In this document: piece after piece, positions 24,810 to 36,900 of the stretch
How the letters are laid out: the number at the start of each line of letters is the position of its first letter
Numbering within the stretch: position 1 is the stretch's first letter
NCBI GenBank assembly: GCA_964187785.1
Contig: OZ076416.1
Span: 16,616,001-16,680,000 of the forward strand
Length of the DNA: 64,000 bases
Direction of reading: 5' to 3'
DNA from: Amphiscolops sp. MND2022
Taxonomy: Eukaryota
Notes under the pieces: generated by a model
Database searches by the model: none
Told to the model about the DNA's origin: nothing
Seen by the model: only the letters and a program-made list of their open reading frames with translations
Position numbers and translations under genes: made by a program

Positions 24810-25320
24810 TTCGTAAGTGCGCTTCAAGACCCAAATAGGGCAAAGACTTCTCTATTTTGCCCGAGGACAATTTTTGAGAAAAGTGTTGTCAATCTCACAG
24901 TACGGAAAATCTCCCCAAAAAGAACACTGAAAAACGCATTTCCCCTATTTGAAAATATCAAAAAATTTTTTTCAAAAGTTGAAAGGTGCTGAAAAACCCA
25001 AACTGTGACTAATTAAGCTCGCTTTTGGGACCAATTAGTGAATTACAAAAATTTCACCAGCAAAGTCGCATTGTGAAAAAAAAACAAAAAAAACCTGTCC
25101 TAGCTCAGCTTGCTGACATGAATTAAAAATTTGAATCCTGCGAGAGATTCAAATCCATGACCTGATGTGCGGTATTCCATGGCGCTAGTCAGTTTACCAA
25201 AAGGGCTTAATACTCGAGTTCTTTTATATGGAAACTTATAAATCTGTCAGTTGGCGTGTGTTCTCAAAAAATAGTCCCAACTCTAGTTAGGTCTTTTTCA
25301 GAAAGCACCGATAAAAATAC
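24810..25320 (-). mobile_element. Diverged HINE-like copy with internal tRNA-like module (~25100-25215)
   Basis: Right end GAAAGCACCGATAAAAA resembles GAAGCGCCGACTAAAAA; left end resembles GGCGCCATATCCAAGGCTCAAAAATAGCAAAAGACTTC; minus strand reads GGTAAACTGACTAGCGCC...AGGTCATGGATTTGAATCTC. Confidence 0.55.
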
Positions 25321-28118
25321 ATCACACGTTCACTTTGAGAATGTCTCATTTCAAGAACTGTCTCTCTAGTTGGTAGCAAAAAGATAACATGATTCATTTG
25401 GTTCATGTTATAAGTGTACCTCTATTCCGAAACTCGTTTCAATTTTTAGAGAAAGGCCTTGACTTTGTTGTTCAGAGCTGACCGATGCTTTGAATAAAAT
25501 TGATTGTCTTTCAATTTACATCTCATCCTTTCATGCAATATGAAACCATGTTTAGTCGTCGAAATATGTGCAAAATTGATTTTCATTGATCGCCAAGCTG
25601 AAAACCAAATTTGTCAAAGCTGCGATTTTTAAACTAAAAAGAAAAGGCAAAACAAACGAGCAATCATTCAAAGAGAAAACCGCGTTAATTACCACTCCAG
25701 AGTTATTTACTAAACGTGACATCTTGTTTTGAAAGGAACTAAGAAGCTGAAAATATTGAAATGTGCTAATTATTCCTTGGCTCTGAAAGCTACATAAAAG
25801 GCGTTTGCAGTTCCGCCATTTCGCTGACAGGCACATTTCCATAAGACGCTGCGGCAAATTAAGGCACTGATGGATTCAAACTAGAAAGTAGCAACAATTT
25901 CTCTGTAAGATGGTTAGCTGGGATGTGCCATAGATACAAATTGTTGTGATATATTTATATATTTTTATACATATTTCGATTCTTGTTGCTATGGGTACAC
26001 ATGTAATGTGTATATGCAAACGTGGATATACGAATTTTTGGTGCCTTGAGTTGAGTGGAAATGGGAAAAATATGGAAGGGTTGTCGGCGGTGACGGTGGC
26101 GTTACATCAGGTCAGACTACAGCAGTTGACAAAGAGACTTGAACGATTAGTCGGCGGTTATCCCTGGTTATGTTTCGACTAATCTTCTCGCGATTGCAGT
26201 TGTAAAACATTCAAGATGAATGGAGTAATGAATTGAATGAATAAAGTACATTTGGGTTATCATTTAAGCGGAAGTGTTTTCAAACAAGCAGCTTGTTGTT
26301 TTCACGCTTTTGTATTGCCGCCGCCTTCGCTCGCTCATTTCGGCGACCCGTTCACACTTTAAGCACGCATGGCGTATTTTCACAGTACGAAAAAACAGCA
26401 GCAGCAGCCAAACGAAACTCAGTGTGAAGAAACTACATTGCATTCGCGGCATGAAGTGAGAGTGAACATACTGTAGAATGTTAGCATTTTTTCGTGGTAC
26501 AGGAAAAAGACAAATGAAATAGCTGAAAATAGCTTATTTGTGTACATTTGCTGCTGAGGCGGCGGCGATGCGGCTTATCTATAGTAACAAGCTAAGTATA
26601 AGAGAAAAAAGGTTTCTGCAGGAAGAGCGTTGGAGATGCAGGAAAATTTTTTAAAAGAATTTGCATAGCTTTAGCTGTATACAGGCAGCAATTAACAATT
26701 TCCTTTTACATTTCGGCCCCCTTGTTTTCTCCAATGCTTTAGCATGCATCGTTGTGAAAATTTGTATTTCCGTATTATTTTCCGTGCATCGCACCAAATG
26801 CCGTGTTAGTGCTGTTTTTTCTTCTTTTATTTTGACTTATTTATGTAATATTTATCTCTTCTGCTTTTATTTTGACTTTTTTTTTCCCGTTGTCAACAAC
26901 CAAGGAGCTGCTACCGTTAACGCGTTTGGCTTGCACCCTCCTCAGCTATTTGTTATCTCACTAAATTCTCACTAATTCTTCGCTCTTAGTTTCTAAGAAG
27001 ACGTCGGCGCGCTAGAACAGGAACCGCTCAGTTGAAATGCATCTTCCTATATACACAAGCGCAAGCAACGACTCTTCTACATGCAATGGTATACTCTGTT
27101 TTTCTTCTTTTTGTTGTTTATTTAATTCCCCAGCGCACTTGCCTCTGCTGATTGGCATTCGCTTAAATAACAATAATAAATAAATTTTTCCCATCATTTT
27201 CCTTTTGCCTGCACTGAAGAGCAGTTACTTGGCTGCTTTGTGAGCCGTAGAACCTACCTACCACTATCTATTGCGACCGACCCGTTAATTCCCCCTTGAC
27301 ATACCTGAGTAACTGCTAAACAAACTCGCCACTTTTCTCTCATTCTCTTTCTGACGTAACCGCCCGCAAACTAAACACCGAACCATTTCACCATTTCCCG
27401 GTTTCAACTCTAGAATTCACCCGCTGTCATTCACTCTTTCTACCTACCACCTCTCTACCCTTTGTATAAGTAAGTCATGTTCTCATATCCCTCTAAAAGC
27501 TTTTTTATCCATCGTCACAAATCATTAGCATCTTGTGTTGAAGAAATTGCCTCGGTTGGGAGTGATGTTTTGAAATACGGGGTGCAACTTCCCAACCTGA
27601 ATGAACTTAGATGAAAGATCTGTTAACATTTTTCAGCAACAGAAATCAAAAGCAAAAAACGTTTCATACTTTTTTTATTGTTCATACTTTTGAAAGTAAC
27701 GAAGAAAGCCGATGTCGAAAAGATTTTTTTTGCAAATCAAATCAATTTTCGTACTTCAATTTTCTTCCTAGTAATGCTCGATTTTGCTCAAAAGTACAGC
27801 CGTGATAGGAAAACTGGAAATGAAGAAGATAAACTCTTACTGCTTGAACCAGCTTCTCAAAGGCCAACTAAGACCGACGGATTCTCAACAATACAAATGA
27901 AAAACTGCAAGAGCCGAGCGAATTGGACGTTGTTTTTGTTATAACATGGTAGGCTGCATGAAAAGTGACATGTTCACATACAAAAACTTTTTTCCAAAAA
28001 TACTGCATTTGAGTATTGAGTAGGTTTTTTTGTCAGCGCGTTTTGAATCAAAAGGTGTCTGTGTATTACAGTAAGTAATTTTTTCTCCAGATGACAATCC
28101 TCACATCAATTTTATCCA

Positions 28119-29330
28119 TTTTTAAGCGGCGCTTCATGAAGTGAAACGCGACTATGATAGTGACACTTTTTTCAATACACACGAACTGACCAAAATACAG
28201 TAGCGTTCTAAAATATCGCAACCTCATTGCTTAAAATGGCAAAGTTCAAAACCAAATATCTCGTAAATTGCCTCGAATACAAAAATTTGTCAGCTACAAA
28301 AGTTTCTTAGAACTTTATCTAGTTATTTTCCGCCCATATTTCATATGGGAAAGGAAAATATTTAAATCAAACGGGTTTTTTTTAACAAAATTTGCCAAGA
28401 ATTATTGTTTACGTAATATGAAGAAGTACATTCACAGAATTCAACTGACATAAATTTAGTTCCCTACGATATGTATTTGTAAAGATTTTTGGACTTAAAA
28501 CGATTTTGTTGCTCAAATGATTTGGGGCGGAAAATATCCCGCTGGTCCGCGGGCGTCTTGTTTACAAAAATGCTTGTTTGAAAACTCTGCGACAAAAATT
28601 ACAAAAGTTAGAAATTGTAAATTTAGACAAAATTTTATCAAAATTGCACTTTTTTAATTTTCACAAAGTCGAATTTTTAAAAAAAATTTCAGTCAATCGT
28701 TTGCCTTCAAATCTCCCGAGGACGCTGATATAATTTGATTGAAAAACTTTTTCGTTTTCAATTAGAAATCATCAATTTTCTATATACAATTCTTATAGCC
28801 TATCTTAATTACATGTACTTCAGTGCTCATAGACACAAAATATAGTGCATTTTTTCTGATTCGAAACAAATTCTTGATCAAAACAATTCAGTATGTTCCG
28901 GAGATTATAGGGAGTCTCCGAATAGTTAAAAAATCTAAAAATTTCGAGAAAAAACTCAAGTTTCGATTAAAATATTCTAAAATTTGCATTTTCTAACATT
29001 TTCAGTATAGGTCGTAGAACCTTCAAACAAACATTTTTGTAAACTAGATAAAATTCTAAGAAACTTTCCTAGTTGACATTTTTCTGTATTTGTGACAGTT
29101 TTTGAGATATTTGGATTTGAAATTTGCAATTTTGAGCAATGGAGTTGCGATATTTAGAACGCTACTGTAGTTCTACCGAAAGTTCTACAAAATTTCAAGG
29201 GGCCAAATTGTTTTGGCCCAGGGAACTGAACTATAATTGTTGTTCTTTTTTGCAAAACAGACAAAACCTGGCGAGACTTAAGGGTCGACCTTTCGATTTT
29301 TTTTCAGCATTGTGAGACTTTTGAGTTTTT
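28119..29330 (+). mobile_element. HINE-like copy split by a nested MITE
   Basis: 5' part TTTTAAGCGGCGCTTCATGAAGTGAAACGCGAC...GACCAAAATA resumes at 29168 as TAGTTCTAC..., matching the uninterrupted GACCAAAATAGTTCT of 31423-31793. Confidence 0.85.
28198..29167. mobile_element. 970-bp MITE with long TIRs, TA TSD (Tc1/mariner-type)
   Basis: CAGTAGCGTTCTAAAATATCGCAAC...GTTGCGATATTTAGAACGCTACTG; imperfect TIR continues for about 130 bp; TA at 28196-28197 and 29168-29169. Confidence 0.9.
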
Positions 29331-29474
29331 CAAAATTTTGTCAGATCTGAAAGACTCTGATAAGCAATCAAAGGGTACGCTTCGTGTTTTTATCGGAACA
29401 GTGCAATTTTTTAAACCTTTTTCCATCTCGCTAAATCCGAATGTTTTTAATTTTCTCCATGCTTTCATTTGGAA

Positions 29475-29924
29475 AAACAAGCCGGGAACGACATAAGTCG
29501 GCGCCATGTCTAATGCTCAAAAATAGCAAAAGGACTTCAAAGTGTCAAGTATTCTCTTTTACAATACCCGAAAAAAACTAAAGCTGGAACGAACTGGCGC
29601 GCTAAAAGGGGGGACTATTACGAATTTTTTAACACCCATTCTGTTGCAAAACATCAAAAAAATGAAGGGGAGGACCCTTTGGGAATTTTTTTTCTGAAAA
29701 AAGTCTCAATGCCAAAACAACTGGAAGGGGACCCTTTAGTCTCGCTCGGTATTGTATGTTAAAGAAAGGAAAACCGTTTTTGGTTCAGTTCGCTAGGCCA
29801 AATGGTTCAATTTGACACCATAAAATTTCGTAGAACTTTGTAGAACTATTTTGGTCAATTCGTTTGGATTGAAAAAAAGTCACTATATTTGTCGCGTTTC
29901 ACTTCATGAAGCGCCGACTAAAAA
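29475..29924 (-). mobile_element. Complete HINE/DINE-1-like copy (~450 bp)
   Basis: AAACAAGCCGGGAACGACATAAGTCGGCGCC at one end and GAAGCGCCGACTAAAAA at the other. Confidence 0.85.
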
Positions 29925-30135
29925 TACCAGAAAGAGGTTTTTCGAAGAACATTAAAGGCAGCTTGTAACTGAGAACCTAATTGCAGCTGATGATTTTTCC
30001 AACTTGGTTCAATGAGAGATGCAAGACTCAAGGAGATGATTTTCATATCCTTGCCTTAAAAAAATGCTGATTTTCTTCCGAAAAGCATCTCGAATAACTG
30101 GTTTTTCCATCAATGAACTCTGCGAGTAATTGAAC
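29925..30135. repeat. Interspersed repeat, second copy at ~41380-41580
   Basis: TACCAGAAAGAGGTTTTT...GCAGCTTGTAACT...ATGCTGATTTTCTTCCGAAAAGCATCTCG is shared by both copies. Confidence 0.85.
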
Positions 30136-30149
30136 TCGAGAAAATTGTA

Positions 30150-30379
30150 AGGGTGACCCTTTAGTTTTGCTCGTCTGGTTTTGTATGTTACGCAAAAAAA
30201 AAACAACAATCGTAGTTCAGTTTTCAAGGCCAATTAGTACAATTTGGCCCCATAAAATTTTGTATAACTTTAGGTAGAACTATTTTGGTCAGTTCGTATG
30301 GATTGAAAAAGAGTCACTATAATAGTCGCGGAGCGCCGACTATAGAAGATATAATTTCTTCATGGAGCGCCGACTAAAA
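30150..30379 (-). mobile_element. HINE-like 5'-end fragment with duplicated GAGCGCCGACTA terminus
   Basis: TAGAACTATTTTGGTCAGTTCG...GAGTCACTATAATAGTCGCG followed by two GAGCGCCGACTA copies. Confidence 0.8.
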
Positions 30380-30451
30380 ACATTTCTTGAACCCGTATAT
30401 ATGATCATATTGATAATACTTTGAGCACTTACGGATTTTCTGGATTTCTCA

Positions 30452-30815
30452 TGAATCCAAGAAAACTCGTCGAAAACAGCTCGACAACGGCAATTTTCCC
30501 AGCCAAGAGGTTGTATTTCATCATGAACAAAAGCATTACAAAGTAAACTATAGAAGTAAAACATTTCAGGCAATTATTTAGCTGCAAAATCTACATGCAA
30601 CAGAGTTTCATGCAACAATTAATGAAAATTAAAATTCATATTCAGCACTTTGCAATCGAATTTATGAGAAGCGTTTTTGTTGTGGGTTATTTGTAGCTAA
30701 TTGGTAACTTCTTTTGATTTCCGAAGAATTTGCACATAATTATAGTAATCGATGAGTTCATTTTCTACAAGTTTTGCGCTCTTTAATTTCGACGAGTTGC
30801 TTTTGAGTAGTTTTC
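30452..30815. mobile_element. Possible degenerate MITE with AACTCGTCGAAAA end repeats
   Basis: Left AAAACTCGTCGAAAACAGCTCGAC; right TTTCGACGAGTTGCTTTT; same motif as 44776-44956; no TSD found. Confidence 0.4.
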
Positions 30816-31422
30816 CGGATACCATTTTTCATGAAGTTAGTTTTTAACATGTTTGAACGACTTCGGTTTTTTGAAGCATATTTGGGGCGCCGACCTTTGA
30901 TGTTCTCGTCTCGTTTGTTTTCATGTGTGTAAGTTTTCCGGTCGGTAATTTTTAATCAGAATTTTCGACAGTTTGATTGACAGCGAATGAAAGACTGCTT
31001 TCACACTCAATTATCTTGTGTTGTTGTGTATTTTTTCATACTGCGATTAGCTTCGCAAAAGCGTTAAAAACAGGATAAGCTCATTTGCGTTACTGCAAGA
31101 CTGAGTAAATTTTCGACACATACCTAAGTTTTTTCGCCAATTTTCTTTTGTGGATTCACAATGAAACTGCACTAAAAGTGTATCCTTTTGATTATGCTAG
31201 AAAACCTACAGTTTATTGTGGAAACAATGTTTACCAACATCGTCTGGTTTTAATAAGTGGGTTTTTCTTCTTTCTTTTATCAGAAAGTATGTGGGCAACT
31301 CGAGGAGAACTTTTTGTCGAAAATAAAAGGGGTGGTTGTTTATCAGTATCAAACCCATCAAAAAAGCGTTTTTTACTGCTGTTAGGAATCCCTTATTATG
31401 AATTGGATTCCACTAATTGATG

Positions 31423-31793
31423 TTTAGTAGGCGCTTCAAGGAGTGAAACGCGACTATTATAGTGACTCTTTTTTTTTCTATCCACACGAACTGACCAAAA
31501 TAGTTCTTAAAAGTTCTAAAAAATATTATTGCACCAAATTGCACCATTTGGCCTAGCGAACTGAACCAAAAATGTTTTTCCTGTTTTTCCGCGTAACATA
31601 CCATACCGGGCGAGACCAAAGACTCCCCCCTTTCATTTTTTTCGGCACTGCGAGACTTATTTTTTCGAAAAAAAATTTCCCCAAAGGGTCCCCCCTGCAT
31701 TTTTTTTGATGTTTTGCGACAGAATGGATGTTGAAAAATCCCAAAGGGTCCTCCCTTTCAGTTTTTCGGCATTGTGAGACTTTAGCGCGCCAG
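31423..31793 (+). mobile_element. HINE-like copy, 3'-truncated at TAGCGCGCCAG
   Basis: High similarity to the reverse complement of about 40180-40667. Confidence 0.85.
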
Positions 31794-32999
31794 GAAAACT
31801 TCCATTTTCTCACCATTTCCTGAAAATTCCATTGCTTTTCCATTTCTTAATAGAACACCCTGCTGCACTATTTTCTTTCAGATAGAGGGCCTTTCAGTTT
31901 CCAAAAGGCAGTTTTAAAAAATGTTCTTTGGCAATTAAATTTGTTTGTGAAAGCTTCGAATCTCGAACTCACTTCGGACAAAACCAAAAATAATGGAAAA
32001 AGATAACGAAGCAAAAATTATTCTTTTTATTGATAAACTTCATTCTAATTGGCCGGAGCTTTCATTGAAGACGAGCAAACTAATAGGTCAAAATCTTTTC
32101 GTCAATAACTTCTCTCTTCGTTATTTCAACCGACAAACCATCAAACTAATGTGATTGCCGGTGCACAAAGTAGATTGTCTCTGTAAAAGCAAGCAGAACT
32201 CTCAATACTGTTTTTCAAATCGCAACTTTCTAATTACCTTCCAAACAACGAAATTGAAGACGCGGTTTAGTAGATGTACAAAACTCCGTTTCTCAGCGAA
32301 AAAAAATGATAGAACTTCGTTTAACTTGTAGTATCGCTATCGGTAATTTCCGCTTTATTTGTGACGATTCTACAGTTAGGGGCTAAAATTCTTTTAACTT
32401 GACAGTTTTCAAGGAGAAAAAAGAAAAATGTCTTTTCGGTTTTCCCTTTTTAGCCATTTTTGTGGCCCATTGAAACGAAAGCGCATTGAATAAAACTGTG
32501 CCATGAGCAAAAACGTCAGCGACCAAAAATAACTGTTTAATCTGTTGCTTGACTTTTTGTTCTTCTGAATTAAAAGCTGGCGCTATATGAAGTACCGACA
32601 AAATATTTTTAGTCGAAACGCTTTTCGTCGTTGTGTCAACCCTCGCGAAGTGATCAAAACTGTTATAACAAAAGCTCTTAGCTCTTCCGTATAAAATCGG
32701 ATGGAATTGTGATTAAAGTATGCGCATGTTATGGGTTCAAATCTGGTTAACGCCAAATTTTAGTACTTTTAACTAGATAAGTTTGTGGCTTCTAAGTATA
32801 AGTACTTCGTTCAACACTGACCAAAGCCAGATTTATATGAAATTTTCATGTATTGAGCTAAAATTCTTTTTATACATTTTAAAATTACCTATTGGATGAT
32901 ATGTTGTTTTTATTCACTGTTTTAACACTTATTAGTGCGATAATTCCACACTGTCTGCATATAACGATCTTAATACACGAAAAAAGGATGAAGGAGATG

Positions 33000-33450
33000 A
33001 TAAATGCGGTTTTTGTGGTCGGTTATTGTGGACCCAGCAACACTGCTCTATGGAGAAGAAAGTGGGTTCTGCTTATTAAGTAAACGGAGTGAATACGCAA
33101 GACTGAAGAAAAATTGCTCAGCGGAAAACCCAGAAAGACAAAGTCAGAAACGCGGATCAAATAGAAAGAGCCAATATGGTTCTAGAAGAAAAGATGATAC
33201 GAAGCATTAGGTTGAAATGGAAGGGGCACGTACTACAACGAGATAAAGTGCACCCAACAAGAGCAGTGCTTGATCCAGAACTTGTCGTTAGGCGCCCTAG
33301 AGGATGCTCGCACAAATACTGTGTGGATGTTGTCTCTGATAACATAGAGAAACGAGGGTTACAACCAAGGATTGCTCAAGATAAAGACAAATGAAACTGC
33401 CGCCAATCCCTGTAATAACCAGGTGGTGAAATTACCGAAGGTGATCATAC
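33000..33450 (+). mobile_element. 3' fragment of an RTE-clade LINE
   Basis: ATLLYGEES then IRSIRLKWKGHVLQR...RRPRG...CVDVVSDNI (RTE C-terminal RLRWLGHVxR / RPRGRP motifs), followed by a short 3' tail. Confidence 0.8.
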
Positions 33451-33659
33451 ATTTGAACTTGCTGAATGAGCAACATCTCTGGTCAATAATGATCAACGTG
33501 CATGTTGAAAACTTCGACTAGTTAAAGTGTGAGAATATTCAACATCAGAGTTGAACACCCTGAAAAATTGTAAGCCTCTTAAAACAAAATTATGTCTCTT
33601 TCATGAAAGTTTGTTCGGTTAGAAGTTCTTCGAGAGAAAATTATAGTTCCACCTTTTTG

Positions 33660-33960
33660 TCAAATGCAATATGCAATAGACAGCGGCTGCATTTCTTTGG
33701 TGTTTGTCATTGTCGATAGATCTACGTCTTTCGTCATCTTTACATATTGTCCAAACGTCCGCCACCGCAGGCCCTCATTGGAAGGGTCTTGTTTTTCCAG
33801 TGTTGGGATTGTAAGGTTTTGGGTGCAAGTGCCGTATGCCGTCATATTCATTTTTCGTCGGGCAGCAGTTGTCTTGTCCATAATCCCGTTGTCATCGTTG
33901 TTCTCTCTCCACTTCTTGAAGATGTCTCCGTGTTTCCATCCATTGTAGGTAGTGTTATCT
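33660..33960 (-). mobile_element. Open-frame relic, possibly the post-integrase tail of a Gypsy-type element
   Basis: Open frame NGWKHGDIFKKWRENNDDNGIMDKTTAARRK...FGQYVKMTKDVDLSTMTNTKEM. It reads as coding, but the Gypsy assignment is from recalled resemblance only. Confidence 0.35.
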
Positions 33961-36900
33961 CAGTGAAAGGTAATCTGATATAGCCTTAACGGTTATTCTG
34001 ACTGCGTCTTGTTTTATTTTTTTTCTATTTAAGAAGGGAAACATGAATCCAACTAAACTGTCTTGTTTCCTAATCGATAATGTACGAGATTTGGCTTCTT
34101 CTGCACTTACTTGGCAAGTATAGTAAAACCACAATAGTAGACTAATTCGTTTAAACAGTCTTAGTTTACAGTTTGTGAGCTGTCACGCTCTACTACATAG
34201 TGAGTCTCAGAAAAAGCAGAAGTCTCTTTTTGCAATCGATGTTATGAAAAAGGCAATTCAATGTGAGGACTGAGGTTCAACGACGTAACGGAAAAGTCAA
34301 AGTATGATTCGAGCACTTGCTTGTGAAAACAGAGACGACTTTAAATTGTGTAATATAGTATCCCAGGTAGATAATTGTTGACCCTCCGTTTGTCTTTGAT
34401 GGTCCAGAGATGTCTCTCTGGTGAACACCCAAGGTAGCAAGTGCAGCTTTTGCGATGGCAAGTTTCATTGAAAATGATTCAAAAATCGTGGTCTTAAGCT
34501 GTGACCCATTTGTTGACAGTCCAGCACATTATCTTTCCGCTATTAGACCTGATGTTTTGTCCACTTTGACTGAGCTGTGTTTGCTCTGCAGCACTGCCAA
34601 CGTTGCTGCTTCAGGGCGCACTGTGTCGAAAATTGTCCTTAATACTACAACATCAACCAGAGTAATCCTCCTAAATCTTTAATAAAATTGCCAGAAATGA
34701 TATTTTGAAATTGTTTTGCAAAAGTTGAACTTCTGAAAATTATTCGTCTGTGTCAACCGGCAGCCTCTGGCGGAAATGTTGACTGAAGTTCCAAAATCGC
34801 TTACATCGGTCACGGGTGGTTTGCGGTGGAGTACCAGTTCGGGTTTTTTTTATCCTAACTTTTAGTGGCTATTGAACTTGGTTAATATTAGCTTAACCGT
34901 TTTTTCTGTTGGTGCTGTTTATCTAAGATTGCTAGAAAGTATTCACGAAAAAATCCAGTTTATTATCTAGGAGCAGAAAGCGATGGCGTTATCTAGACAG
35001 TTAATGAGAAATTCAGCTCATCAAGTCTTTACAGACATCACTTGTTTCAGTTCAATATTCAAGAATTGTTTCTTTTGGTTCAATTCTGGACTTGAACATT
35101 TAAACTAACATTGAGCATTTATTATTCAATTAATTATTTCTACGATAAGTACTGATAACCTATAATTTGTAAGTTCGATTTGTGAGGGTCTCATTTTGAA
35201 AAGAAAAGAGAAAAAAATAAAGTCAAAAGTACGAAACCTATCATGTTTTTGTCATAATTTTGTTATCGAAAAGTGTAATAACTCATATTTCATTTAGGGC
35301 TCCAAAAATATTTTTGTTCTTGCTTTGTAAACATGTAAGCAGAATTACTGCCCTCAACGTAGTACCCTTCAAAATCCCGGCTGTTTGGCCAGTTTTTCCA
35401 AAGTCTACAAAAGATACACAACGATCAAGGCCCAACATAGGTTTATAACTTTACAGACTTCTAGTTTGGTCTGTAGTCTTGATTAAAGCACCGAGAATAA
35501 CTTTGCGTGTGAAGTCATGAATTAAAGCTAACTGCATTTGCATTGGGAAATCTTGCACATTCATTCTACATTAAAAGAACAGGTCTATAAAAGAAGCAGA
35601 AAAAGTGGCAATTGATTTATGATAATCTTGTAAGTCTTATCCTATTTGATCTTTCCTGTCTGTATAGACCACGTCACTTTCTGTCAATCTAATCCGGGCT
35701 CCAAACAGAGTGAGTTTCTAGTTATACTTTGGGTCTTCAACGTCATAACACACCGATTAGGGCCCGTTCACGCTTGCTACTCAACCTAAATAAAATTGCA
35801 TGTGGTCGCTTGTGGTTTCAAATTAGAGACCCTCATTTTCGGCTGATTTTCGCATTGCCCCAAATTTGTTTGCAAATACAATTTGTTTAGACATTTGTTT
35901 GAGTAAAATGAAGTGTGAATAGATAGATATGTGTATTGTCAAAATCATGTGCAACAGATTTATAATTCGTCTTTATTTTACCCTCTGATTACAAGAAAGA
36001 GGCAAGATTAGTTCCAGAGGAGTTATTCCTATGAGAAGCAGAACACCGTTGAGCTCCTATGTGCTGAAGGTAATTCAATCGCCGCTGGTAATAAGACCAG
36101 GGGGTTTATTTGGGGTTAGTAGAATCAAGAAGATAGATACATAAGTATGGCTGCATACAAGAGGGGGGAACTAGTGGGCTTGGGGGTCAGGTGTCTTGGT
36201 CAATATTGGGTTTCCTTTTTGGGGATACTCAAAGCGGGGTGAGAGTGGGGGGGATTTCGAGGTTGGGGGAGATTATGAGGGTAAGGGGTTATTAGAACGG
36301 TTGAGTGAAAGTTAAATGTTGTGATAGTGGATTGCGTATAATTTGGATTGGTTGGGAATTAAAGGTGGCTTTTAACAACTTCCAGCAACAACAAAAATGG
36401 CGGGAGAAAGACTGGAATTGTTGGCTGGTGGATAAAATGGATTTCGGGTAGACGAAAAACGCGTCTTATTAATCCTACCACTTAAGCCTTGTGAATTTTC
36501 ACATAGTTTCTTTAGCTTGAATGGAGAAGTTATGTCAAAATCAATTACAAAAAATGTTGCTCATAATTAAAGAGCAACTTCACTAACACTTTAACTAACA
36601 CTTATCTGATCAGTTCCCGGTTCATTGGCAATTCCATAAATTTTTCAGCGAATCTTTTCTTTTCTTGTGTTATTACAGTTGTCCCTGTGATTTACACAAC
36701 TACCTGCCAGATACCAGCTACTATTCTCATACTCACTTTATCCCCTGCGTCTGTCTTTCTATCTATACCCCCACCAACACTTTTCATTCCTCCTCCATTC
36801 TTTTCCTTCTTGCTCTTTCTCTCGCTCCCTATTTTCTTCTCATTGCCTTGTCTTGTCTCTCCCTACAGCACACATTTATCCACTCGTCTTTTTCCCGCCA

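Noticed and set aside
36236-36288. G-rich tract with G-quadruplex potential
   Set aside because: Long irregular loops and no functional context.
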